Below, piece by piece: positions 1 through 11,159 of a DNA stretch of 64,000 nucleotides. Numbering within the stretch: position 1 is the first letter of the stretch; every line of letters starts with the position of its first letter. The position numbers and the translations under genes are program-made. Below the pieces are notes generated by a model. It was given only the letters and a program-made list of their open reading frames with translations. It did no database searches and was not told where the DNA came from. The stretch is from the NCBI GenBank assembly GCA_036785375.1, contig JAWMAR010000003.1:14384001-14448000 (forward strand). Direction: 5' to 3'. Source of the DNA: Leucoraja ocellata (lineage: Eukaryota).

Positions 1-1197
1 GAAATGTTGATCCTCTCCACCCCCACTGAACCGCCTGGCCTGCCCAGTGCTGCCAATATTCTGCCACTTTGTTTTGGATTTGCAGCATCTGTGGCGTTTT
101 GCTCCGATTTACGATATTCATTTGAAGAGATTCAGCATGCTGTCGAATACTCTAACAAACTTTGGCAGAGGCACTGTGGAAAGTATCCTGACAGCTTGCA
201 TCATGGCTTAGCATGAGCATTTCCAACACTCAATCTAGTCTATCATAGGCATGGCCTTCCCTACCCTTGAAAGCATCCACATGAGATATTGTCTCACAAA
301 TGTAACATCAATCTTCATCATCCAGTTAAAACCCTATTTTTGCTGCTACCATTGGATAGGAGATGCAGAAGCCTTAAGTACAAAACCAACAGGTGCAAGA
401 AAATATGTAGGAAGGAACTGAAGATGCTGGTTTACACCGAAAATAGACACAAATTGTTGGAGTAACTCAGTGGGTCAAGCAGCATCTCTGGAAAGCAGTA
501 AAAGGTGATGTTTCGGGTCGAGACTCTTCTTAAGACCGAGACTCAGGGGAGAGAGGTCTGGAGGTATGAAAAGGTTTGGAACAAATCATAGCCGGCACCG
601 ATGACCAAGGAAAGGGGGAGCCCACAATGATCCATTGTTGGCTGTCGAAGAGGTTATAATGAAAAGATACATGGATGCAAACTAAACTACAACAGTTAGT
701 TTCCTACAACCATCAGAGTCTTGAACTAACCTGCATAACCCTAAACCTACCCCAGCAACGGAACACTATAGTCCACTTCTAGAACTACAATGGACTTGTT
801 TTCTAATTCCATTTTTGAACTAATGTTTTATTTTGCACCATCATTTTCTATTCACTATTTTATAACCTGTATTTTTTTTATTGACTGAGTCTATGTGCCT
901 ATGGTGCTACTGTGTCAGATTTTCGTTGTACCTGTACCTAACAGTGGGTGTGATGATAAACATGATTTGAACTCGACTTGGAAGCAAAAACAGTATAAAC
1001 CAAAATCTGATTGTGTGCAAACCTGCGGAGTAAGTCAATGGAATGTTTAATTAACAATGTAGTCACTCCACATCCTTGTTTACATAGTGGTTAGATAAAA
1101 CCCTACGTATATATCCTGAAACATCATCAGTCGAACTATGATAATATAGGCACTGCTGCAGAAAACAAGCTTCTAAAACAGAGGCTGGTTTTAGGGT

Positions 1198-2470
1198 CTA
1201 TGAAATATAAAGGGCTAGGAATATAAAGAAGGGCAGTAAAAGCTTCTTTAGATATCTTAAGGGAAAAAGAGTAGCAAAGTTAAATGTCCTGCACGGGAGA
1301 CTGGTGACTAAAATTAGAGCACGTGGTATTGGGGGTAGGGTGTTGACGTGGATAGAAAATTGGTTGGCAGACAGGAAGCAAAGAGTAGGAGTGAACAGGA
1401 CCTTTTCTGAATGGCAAGCAGTGGCGAGTGGAGTGCCGCAAGGCTCAGTGTTGGGGCTGCAACTGTTTACCATATATATTAATGATTTGGAAGAGGATAT
1501 TAGGAGCAACACTAGCAAGTTGGCGGATGACACAAAGCTGGGTGGCAGTGCGAACTGTGAAGAAGATGTTAGGTGGTTGCAGGGTGACCTGGACAGGTTG
1601 AGTGAGTGGGCAGATGCGTGGCAGATGCAGTGTAATATAGATAAATGTGAGGTTATCCACTTTGGCAGCAAAAACAAGGGGGCAGATTACTATCTCAATG
1701 GGGTTAGGTTAGGTAAGGGGGAGGTACAGCAAGACCTGGGTGTCCTTGTACACCGGTCACTGGAAGTTGGCGTGCAGGTATAGCAGGCAGTGAAGAAAGC
1801 AAATGGAATGTTAGACAATAGACAATAGGTGCAGGAGTAGGCCATCCGGCCCTTCGAGCCAGCACCGCCATTCAATGTGATCATGGCTGATCATCCCCAA
1901 TCTCCCGTTCCTGCCTTCTCCCCATATCCCTTGACTCTGCAATTATTAAGAGACCTAACTAGCTCTCTCTTGAAAGCATCCAGACAACCCGCCTCCACCG
2001 CCCTCTGAGGCAGATGTTGGCCTTCATAACAAGAGGATTTCAGTATAGGAGTAGAGAGGTTCTTCTGCAGTTGTATAGGGCTCTGGTAAGACCACATCTG
2101 GAGTATTGCGTACAGTTTTGGGCTCCTAATTTGAGGAAACACATCCTTGTGATTGAGGCAGGTTCACGAGATTGAACCCTGGGATAGCGGGACTGTCATA
2201 TGAGGAAAGATTGAAAAGACAAGGCTTGTATTCACTGGAGTTTAGAAGGATGAGGGGTTATCTTATAGAAACATGTACAATTATAAAAGGACTGGACAAG
2301 CTAGATGCAGGAAAAATGTTCCCAATGTTGGGCGAGTCCAGAACCAGGAGCCATAATCTTAGAATAAAGGGGAGGCCATTTAAGGCTGATGAGAAAAAAC
2401 TTTTTCACCCAGAGAGTTGTGAATTTGTGGAAATCCCTGCCACAGAGGGCAGTGGAGGCCAAATCGCTGG
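1198..2470 (+). mobile_element. CR1 LINE ORF2 fragment with a nested inverted CR1 3' end (~1813-2013)
   Basis: [10 protein letters not shown]...LADDTKLGG and GLYSLEFRRMRG RT motifs; nested piece has a (AGACAAT)n tail and is flanked by atgtt. Confidence 0.9.
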
Positions 2471-3705
2471 ATGCCTTTAGCCTCCACAGATGCCCAATTA
2501 TTCATTTATAACTACTATTTATATTCCCTCGAATTGTTCTCAATCATACCTTTTGGGCTCATTATTACTCTTCTAAACCATTCCGGTAGGTCTGACATCC
2601 AGAATTTGTCAGACAAATCTTCCAAGTTATTATGGGGAAGAGTTGGTCCAGATTCTCCTGTCTGCTACTTTAAGTGCCAAGATGGAACCTATCTGATGTA
2701 GAAATGTTTCAGGTTCAGTCTCATCAGGGTCCAAGTAATTGACGAGGGGAAATTTTACTCCAGCCCTCAGACCTTCTCCTAATAAAAGTCATCATTCATA
2801 ATCACATTGTATCTTTGTGCTCATTTTAAGTAATAGGATAGCGAGGTGCATTGGAACATTAAGTCTGCAATTCTTCACTATTCAAAAAACACTTCTCTAT
2901 TTGGTGAAAATGTCACATTTCCTCATTATATTGTGGTGATTGTCAAGAGCCAACAAACACCATGATCATAAAAGCCTGGGAAATAAAGAAATTAGGAACT
3001 ATGCGAAATTCATGCTAACTCTGCTGAAAAGCTGATGAAAGCTTGCTTTAAATTTTTTAAGGCAGTTGTCCAAAGATACTTGCCAACAAGGGGTGAAAGG
3101 CTACTGGAGGCTAATGGGAATCCCAGGATGAGATCGCAATCGGATCAGCTGTAATCAGATTAAATGGAGCAGGCTTGAGGGGCCGAGTGTCCTGGTCCTG
3201 CTAACTGGGTGAAGTTCTGGTCGCCAAACTACAGGAAAGATGTGATTAAGCTAGAGGGTGGAGAACAGATTCACAAGAACGTTGCCAATAACTGAAGTGT
3301 TATAAAGTGAGATTAGATAGGCTGGGACTCTTTTGGCTGGAGTAAAAATGATTGAGCATTGACCTTTTTATAAATTATGTTTATAACACATAAGAGGCAT
3401 TAGATGAGGTGACTATCCAGTCTTTTCCCCAGGGTATGGCAGCTTACAACCAGAGGGCATAGATACAAGTGAGAGGGGGGGAAGATTAACAAGGGAACAT
3501 AAGGAGCAACTTTTTCCCCACACAGGGTATATGGTGCCAAGCTGCTACAAGGGGGTACAATAACAATGTTCAAAATACATTTGGAACAGGTACATGGGTA
3601 GAAAAGTTTAAAGGGAGGAAGGAATTAGGAATACTTTGTCACATGTGACTAAGCAGTGAGCTTCTTTGCTTGCATGCACATTGTATACAGATAGCAGCCA
3701 CCTAC

Positions 3706-4913
3706 AGCCCCTGTCCCACTTTCATGACCTAAATCACGACCTCTGACGACCTTAAACGACCTAAAAAAAATCAAGGTTGCGGTAACCTACAACCTCCTAC
3801 GACCTTCAACGACGATGTCTATGGCCTCCTACGACTAAGTTGAAGACCTCCCACCACTATGAAGAAGACCTCCTTCGACCATGTTGAAGATTGGCTTTGA
3901 CCGTGTACGTTTTACTGCTGTTTGCAGTAGCCCTTTTGCTTCAGCAGCCTTTTAAGAAAGGCAGAAGGGGAAGAGCAAGGGTGAAGAGGAAGCACAAGAG
4001 ATCTAAATTGGTGAATGGAGATGACGTGATGGACTGTCCCAGTACATCAGATGACTGGAAGAGAGTGGTGCTGCGCTTTGACAATAGATGGAACAACCAT
4101 TCCTTAAGGTCCCCCTCCTGCTGCCTGGTGAAGGTGTAGGGCATTGGATTGGATTGGATTCAATTTATTGTCATTGCACCTTTCAGTGCATAACCTTCCT
4201 CCAGCCCTCTCTCACCACCAATGGGGCATCTGCCTCTGATGCTGCGTCAGGCACAGGAGAATGAGCAGCTTTGCTGCCTTCAATGAGGCAGTGAAGAATG
4301 GGTTGGTGGTGGGGACATATACTATCACCCTGGTCTCCTCCAGGGATCTCTCATGCAGAGCTACTTCGTCCTGCATTATCACCTCCTGTGGCATCACCTC
4401 CTGCCACTCCTCCTCCTGGGTGGGCAACACCTGCAGGGCAGTTTTTTTTAGGGTTGTGCCCTCCCCCTGCTTTGCTGCCTTTTTGATGCTATCTCTAAAA
4501 CACAAGTCTCCTCTCCAAAAAACTCTCCAACTATGAATGAACATGCCTTGGAATGACAGAGGTGACGTTATGCTGATTAAATTATCTTTTTTTTTCTACT
4601 GACCTTTTTTTCACCCCGGAGCTATTACCTTCGACTGCCTCCAACCACGTACGACTAGCATCACGACCTACTACGACCTACCTATGAGTAAAAAGTATCA
4701 ATTTTTTCCATGTCAACTTTTTTTTTACTCGTGGACATTTTTTATCAGGCTAGAAAAAAACACTGTGACCTACTTGATACCACGGAGTACGTGGAGACCA
4801 CTCACGAGCATGAAGAAGACCTTCTACGACCTCGTGGTGACCATGCTGCGAGTATGAGTCAAGGGCAAACTCGCAGAGGTCGTGAATAAGGTCGTGAAAG
4901 TGGGACAGGGGCT
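3706..4913. mobile_element. PIF/Harbinger-like deleted DNA transposon
   Basis: TIRs agcccctgtcccactttca / tgaaagtgggacaggggct; subterminal (acgacct)n motifs; same TIR type as the TAA-flanked MITEs at 27127 and 29283. Confidence 0.65.
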
Positions 4914-5874
4914 AAAGTTACAAAGCACGCCGGCTTCCCCCTTTTGACTCGGGTATCTTGGTTGGTGTGGACCAAGTTGGGCCAAAAATGCCCATTTCTG
5001 TACTGCATGACTCATTTGTAATCAACACTCCTAAAATGTGACTCACTTTCTTGCAACTGTACAATATCTATTTGAATGCACAAGTCCATAGTTACAGAAG
5101 TCTGAAGAAGGGTTTCAGCCCGAAACGTTGCCTATTTCCTTTGCTCCATAGATGCTGCTGCACCCGCTGAGTTTCTGCAGCATTTTTGTGTACCTTCCAT
5201 AGTTACAGATCCAGGTCTTCCCAGGCACAGGATCTGCCGTGTCTGCGCTTCACAGTTGGAACAAATCCCACAGCAGAGGAAACTGAGATGATCGGACTGA
5301 AATCTGTCAGTGGGTTTGGGACTTCAATGCTCATGTGCCATAGGTCTGAGCTTTCCAGCATCCACAGGGGCAAAATACCAACACTTTATCTTAGATCAGT
5401 TGACAGTTACTGGCAAGAATTGTCCACTTTGAATAAAAGTTCAAAGACTCAAAAGTAACATTAAAACTGTGAATATTTAATCTCTGATCTTGACCGCTTT
5501 TGGCCTACAGTGCTGCGATTTCTGACAGAATGCCGCCACCTACGGCCGCCACCTCGCCCAGAGCCCCCCTCCGCCTTACGCGTGCGAAGGATTTTTCCCA
5601 TTGATGACAAATCAGAGAGATATTAATGTTTTAAAAAAATTCACCATTCTCTCTGCTGCCCCTGCTGGAGGGAGGGGGAGCGACTATAAAACCAGGAAGA
5701 GGTGTGCCTCACTAATTCTTTGCAAGATGGATGAAGCCAAGGGTCACATCTCTCTGAGCTCTGAATAGCACTGAACAAATGTCTACACATCTGTGAGTAC
5801 CCTTAATGTGGTTTGAAAATGAAAATATGGTTTGTTTGAAGTAAAAAGACACTGCCTGCAAATGGTTGTTTGAA

Positions 5875-6525
5875 TCCTTTGGCTTGAAGTTGAAAGGCAC
5901 TACTTACTGCAAATGGTGGCATGAAGTTGAAAGGCACTACTTGCTGCAAATGGTTGTTTGGATGCTTTGGCTTGAAGTTGAAAGGCACTACTTACCGCAA
6001 ATGGTGGCTTGGGAGCTTTGGCTTGAAGTTGAAAGGCACTACTTACTGCAAATGGTGGCTTGGGTGTTTTGCTTGAAGTTGAAAGGCACTACTTACTACA
6101 CACGGTGGCTTGGGTGCGTTGGCTTGAAATTAAAAGGCACTACTTACTGCAAATAGCGGCTTGGGTGCTTTGGCTTGAGGTTGAAAGGCATTACTTACTG
6201 CAAATTGTGGCTTAAGTGCTTTGGCTTGAAGTTGAAAGGCACTACTTACTGCAAATGGTGACTTGGGTGCTTTGGCTTGAAGTCGAAAGGCACTACTTAC
6301 TGCAAATGGTGGCGGGTGATTTGGCTTGAAGTTGAAAGGCACTACTTACTGCAAATGATGGCTTGGGTGATCTGGCTTGAAGTTGAAAGGCACTACTTAC
6401 TGCAAATTGTTGCATGAAGTTGAAATGTACTATTTACAGCAAATGGTGGCTTGGGAGCTTTGGTTTAAAATTCAAAAGACAATACTTACTGCAAATGGTG
6501 GCTTGGGAGCTTTGGCTTGAAGTTT
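5875..6525. repeat. Minisatellite, ~51-bp unit with ~37-bp short variants
   Basis: ggcttgaagttgaaaggcactacttactgcaaatggtggcttgggtgcttt repeated head to tail. Confidence 0.95.
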
Positions 6526-6638
6526 AAAAAAATCACCATTCTCTCTGCTGCACCTGCTGGAGGGAGGGGGAGGGACTATACAACCAGGAAGTGGTGTGCC
6601 TCACTCACTCTCTGCAAGATGGATGAAGCCAAGGGTCA

Positions 6639-7060
6639 TAGAAACATAGAAACATAGAAATTAGGTGCAGGAGTAGGCCATTCGGCCCTTCGAGCCTGCA
6701 CCGCTATTCAATATGATCATGGCTGATCATCCAACTCAGTATCCCGTACCTGCCTTCTCTCCATACCCCCTGATCCCCTTAGCCACAAGGGCCACATCTA
6801 ACTCCCTCTTAAATTATAGCCAATGAAGTGGCCTCAACTACCCTCTGTGGCAGAGAGTTCCAGAGATTCACCACTCTCTGCGTGAAAAAAGTTCTTCTCA
6901 TCTCGGTTTTAAAGGATTTCCCCTTTATCCTTAAGCTGTGACCCCTTGTCCTGGACTTCCCCAACATCGGGAACAATCTTCCTGCATCTAGCCTGTCCAA
7001 CCCCTTAAGAATTTTGTAAGTTTCTATAAGATCCCCTCTCAATCTTCTAAATTCTAGAAA
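6639..7060 (-). mobile_element. CR1 LINE 3' fragment inserted in the Helitron-like element
   Basis: LEFRRLRGDLIETYKILKGLDR; (catagaaa)n tail; splits aagggtca|cgtctctctg, which is contiguous in the first module copy. Confidence 0.9.
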
Positions 7061-7184
7061 GTATACGTCACGTCTCTCTGAGCTCTGAATGACACTGAAC
7101 AAATGTCTACACAACTGTGAGTACCCTTAATGTGGTTTGAAAATGAAAATGTTTGTTTTTTTTTTAAGTAAAAAGGAATTGCCT

Positions 7185-7530
7185 GCAAATGGTTGTTTTG
7201 GGTGCTTTGGCTTGAAGTTGAAAGGCACTACTTACTGCAAATGGTAGCTTGGGAGCTTTGGCTTAAAGTTGAAAGGCACTACTTACTGCAAATGGTGGCT
7301 TGGGTGCTTTGGCTTGAGGTTGAAAGGCACTACTAACTGCAAATGGTGGCATGAAGTTGAAAGGCACTACTTACTGCAAATGGTGGCTTGGGTGCTTGGC
7401 TTGAGGTTGAAAGGCACTACTTACTGCAAATGGTGGCTTGGGTGCTTTGCTTGAAGTTGAAAGGCACTTACTGCAAATAGCGGCTTGGGTGCTTTGGCTT
7501 GAAGTTAAAAGGCACTACTGCAAATGCACT
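7185..7530. repeat. Second array of the same ~51-bp minisatellite
   Basis: Same unit, inside the duplicated ~900-bp module. Confidence 0.95.
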
Positions 7531-7904
7531 TGCTGTTTGCACTGTATATTGATTTTAGATAAAACGCTACACTTACGGCTGTGATTTTTGGCTATCTTAC
7601 TCAGTCCCCCCCTCCACTGAGCAGGTGCAGAGAATTCTTCCTATCAATGAAAAATAAAAGTGTTATTAGTGTTTAAAAAATGTTGAGAATCTCTCTCCTG
7701 TCAATCGCGCCCTGAAAGCCACTCCTTTTCTGGTGGGAGGGGTTATAAAACGGAATAAAAAGAAGTGTGGGTGTGGCTCAGTCTCTGCATGATGGGGGAG
7801 GGAGAGGTCATGACACTGTCTGAGCTGTGAATCAACTGAACACACTGAATGTCTGCTGAACTGTGAGTTTGGTGTTTTGTGTGGTTTTATGGTGGTTTCA
7901 CCCC

Positions 7905-8205
7905 TGCATGAAACGGTATGAAGCTGCATTAGAATTTGGTGGCCTTGGACCCTGCTTGAAGTGGAATAAAACTGCACTGAATTTGGTGGCCTTGCACCCT
8001 GCTGAAAGTGGTATGAAACTGCACTTGTATTTGGTGGCCTTGGATCCAGCTTGAAGTGGTATGAAACTGCACTTGCATTCAGTGGCCTTGCACCCTGCTC
8101 ATAGTGGTAAGAAACTGCACTTGAATTTGGTGGCCTTGAACCCTGCTTGAAATGGTAGGAACATGAATTTGTATTTGGTGAACTTGCACCCTGCTTGAAA
8201 TGGAA
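7905..8205. repeat. Minisatellite, ~48-bp unit
   Basis: tgaagtggtatgaaactgcacttgaatttggtggccttgcaccctgct repeated about 6 times. Confidence 0.9.
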
Positions 8206-8776
8206 TTTCAAGGAATAGTCATGAGTCAACTGCCAGCCCACCAGCTGTCAGTGAGCTGCCAGCAGATCAGGCTTGAGGGACTGAGCCGCCACCCCAAGAA
8301 CCCATACCAGCACTCCAGAAAGCCCCCCCACTGGCCACCAATATTGGAATTGGTGGAGGTGGAATATTGCGTTGGGGAACCAGCCCTCCCGTGTGAACAT
8401 GGTACCCAACGGGTCCCACTTAGTCTAGTAGAATATAAATCTTGTGTTTCCGTCCCCATCCCGAGGCAGTTCCTCTTCGTTGAAATTTAACAAGTTTACC
8501 AAGGTAAAAGATCTCACCGACAAATTCCTCAGAAATATTGCTGCAACTCTATGCTCCATTACTGGGTTCCACAAGCAGTCTAACACTGGATAACATTTGG
8601 GAAATACCAGCAAAGCAGTCAATAAGTTTGGGATTTTCACATTTCTGTAGGAATTCTCAACAGTGCAACATATGCAAAGAATTGTCTGCGTTGCCCCATA
8701 AGATCTTTGGTCCTTACCACAGACACCATTTCCCTCTAAGGAAACTATCTGAAACTGAGCTGGAGATATAATCTAA

Positions 8777-9895
8777 AGTAGACAAAAATGCTTGAGAAAC
8801 TCAGCGGGTGAGGCAGCATCTATGGAGTGAAGGAATAGGTGACATTCCGGGTCAAGACCCTTCTTCAGACTGATGTGTGGGGGGGGGGGGGGGGGCGGGA
8901 AGAAGGGAGAGGCGGAAATAGTAGGCTGTGGGAGAGCTGGGAAGGGGAAGGAGGGAGAAAGCAAGGACTACCTAAAATTGGAGAAGTCAATGTTCATACC
9001 ACTGGAGTGTAAACTGCCCAAGCAAAATATGAGGTGCTGCTCCTCCGATTTGCGGTGGGACTCACGCTGGCCGTGGAGGAGGCCCAGGACAGAAAGGTCA
9101 GATTCAAAATGGGAGGGGGAGTAGAAGTGCTGGGCCACCAGGAGATCAGGTTAGTTATTGCGAACCGAGCGGAGGTGTTGCGCGAAGCTATCGCCAAGCC
9201 TATGCTTGGTCTCACCAATATAGAGCAGCTGATGCAATAGATGAGGTTGGAGGAGGTGCAGGTGAATCTCTGCCTCACCTGGAAAGACGGCTTGGGTCCT
9301 TGGATGGAGTTGAGGGGGGAGGTAAAGTGACAAGTGTAGCATTTCCTGCGGTTGCAAGGGAAAGTACCAGGGGAGGGGGTGGTTTGGGTGGGAAGGGGCA
9401 AATTGACCAGGGAGTTATGGAGGGAGCGGTCTCTACGGAAAGCCAAAATGGGAGGAGATGGGAAGATGTGGCCAGTGGTGGGACCCCATTTAGAGGTGGC
9501 GAAAATGTTTGAGGATTATCTGTTGTATGTGACGTCTAGTGGGGTACAAGGTGAGGACAAGGGGGATTCTGTCCTTGTTACGGGGGTGGGTGGATGGGGA
9601 GTGAGAGCGGAGCTACGGGATATAGAGGAGACCCTGGGTGAGAGCCTCATCTATAGTCGAAGAGGGGAAACCCTGTTCCCTAAAGAATGAGGACATCTCC
9701 GATGCCCTGGTTTGGAACACCTCATCCTGGGTGCAGATGCGGCATAGACAGAGGAATTGGGAGTAGGGGGGATAGAGGAAGCTGGGTGGGAGGAAGTGTA
9801 GTCCAGATAGTCATGGGAGTCGGTGCGTTTGTAGTAGATGTCAGTCAGTAGTCTGTTACCCGAGATGGAAATAGTGAGGTCTAGAAATAGTCCAG
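8777..9895 (-). mobile_element. Penelope-like retroelement 3' part (decayed GIY-YIG endonuclease)
   Basis: GTFPCNRRKCYTC, LYIGETKHRLGDSFAQHLRSV; terminal repeat with CTGAAGA...GAA core. Confidence 0.85.
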
Positions 9896-10165
9896 GAGAT
9901 ATAATCTATTTTAGTTATGTTGTTTGAGGGTTAAATAATACTTAGGAATTATGCCTTTGCTTTTCCCTCAGAGTTCCGTGGGTCTTTTTGGGTCCATGTG
10001 AAAAGATGAGCATCAGTTTAAAATCTCATACAAAATGCAGCCTATCTGACAGTACAAGACTCCCAGTTCCACAGTGGAGGGTCAGCTGAGAGCACAGTGC
10101 TCAAATCCCCTCATATGGCATTTTAACCCACAGCTCCCCGGGCAAGAATGCCAACAACTGAACTA
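9895..10165 (-). mobile_element. Ancient Deu-domain SINE (AmnSINE1/SacSINE1-like) remnant
   Basis: Degenerate match by eye to the Deu core (tttaa..tctcat....ctgacagt.ca..actcc....cagtggag.gtcagc....gtgctcaa.tccc). Confidence 0.55.
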
Positions 10166-11159
10166 ATTCAAAATGTATGAAAAAGATTTGTCTTTGAACA
10201 GAACAAAAGCAAATTCAAAAAAATAATAATTATATTATTATTATCCCACAGGAAAATACGTTTCACATAATTGTCAAGATAGAGCCCACTGATAAATTTC
10301 TGCATGGCATTGGGGTTATGGAGACATCCTTTGGACAATTAAGGTATTGCAATCACATTGAACTGCAAAGATTTTAATTAAATGAAACTTAGAACTATGG
10401 TGAAACTGCAGCAAAGAAAAATACAGGTTCAAATAATTGTCTCTAATATATATTTAGGGACAGTTCTGATAATGTATTTAATTTGCAGTGAGACATAAAT
10501 TGTGGAATGCACGATTCTATGCTCAAATTGTTAGACAAATGTGCTGTGTATATCCTGAAACAAAATGCTGTTCTTTTTAATATGACATGAATTGAAATTT
10601 AGAAGTTCTCTTCTTCAAATGAAACTGAATTAGATCAACATCAGTATGCTTCAGAACATGACAGAAGTAGGAGTCGACCTGACAATCACAAATATCTGTC
10701 TGAGCAATTTCAGCAATGTGAGCAATCAAAAATAGATTAGCAAGCAAAAACTTCAAGCCAGTCTACAATTTTGCTCCTTGAATTCCACCTGCAAAACCAT
10801 AGATATATTATCTGTGCTCGTGCTTGCCTCTCATTCAAGATCCTACTATATGATCTGTGATATCTAAAGCCGAATATTAAGAAAACAGCAGTGCTTGGAA
10901 TTTGTCAATTACGGAATCTCCACACTAATAGCATTGTTCTTTCTTGAACAGTTTTCTGCACAGTGAACCATTTGCTCCTTGTGATCATGCTCCCTCATTG
11001 TTGCCCATTATGTCTACATTACTGGAACTCACATAGGTAATTGCACTTGAAAATCATCTTATAGAATTACAAAGTGTGCAACTCAATATGTTGGCAGATA
11101 GCTTCTGTTAATACTCAATAAACACTGAGGCTGAAATGGATAACGTAAAGACATTTTCA

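Larger units (their letters stand above)
5455..8428 (+). mobile_element. Non-autonomous Helitron-like element with internal tandem duplication and minisatellites
   Basis: 3' end: hairpin gg(t)acccaacgggtccc then acttagtCTAG followed by T; 5' boundary approximate. Confidence 0.6.

Noticed and set aside
5875-7530. Regular repeat arrays resembling a CRISPR array or a repeat-protein ORF (LKGTTYCKWW)n
   Set aside because: Units are contiguous with no unique spacers, the context is eukaryotic with no cas genes, and ORFs arise in several frames on both strands as artefacts of the repeat.
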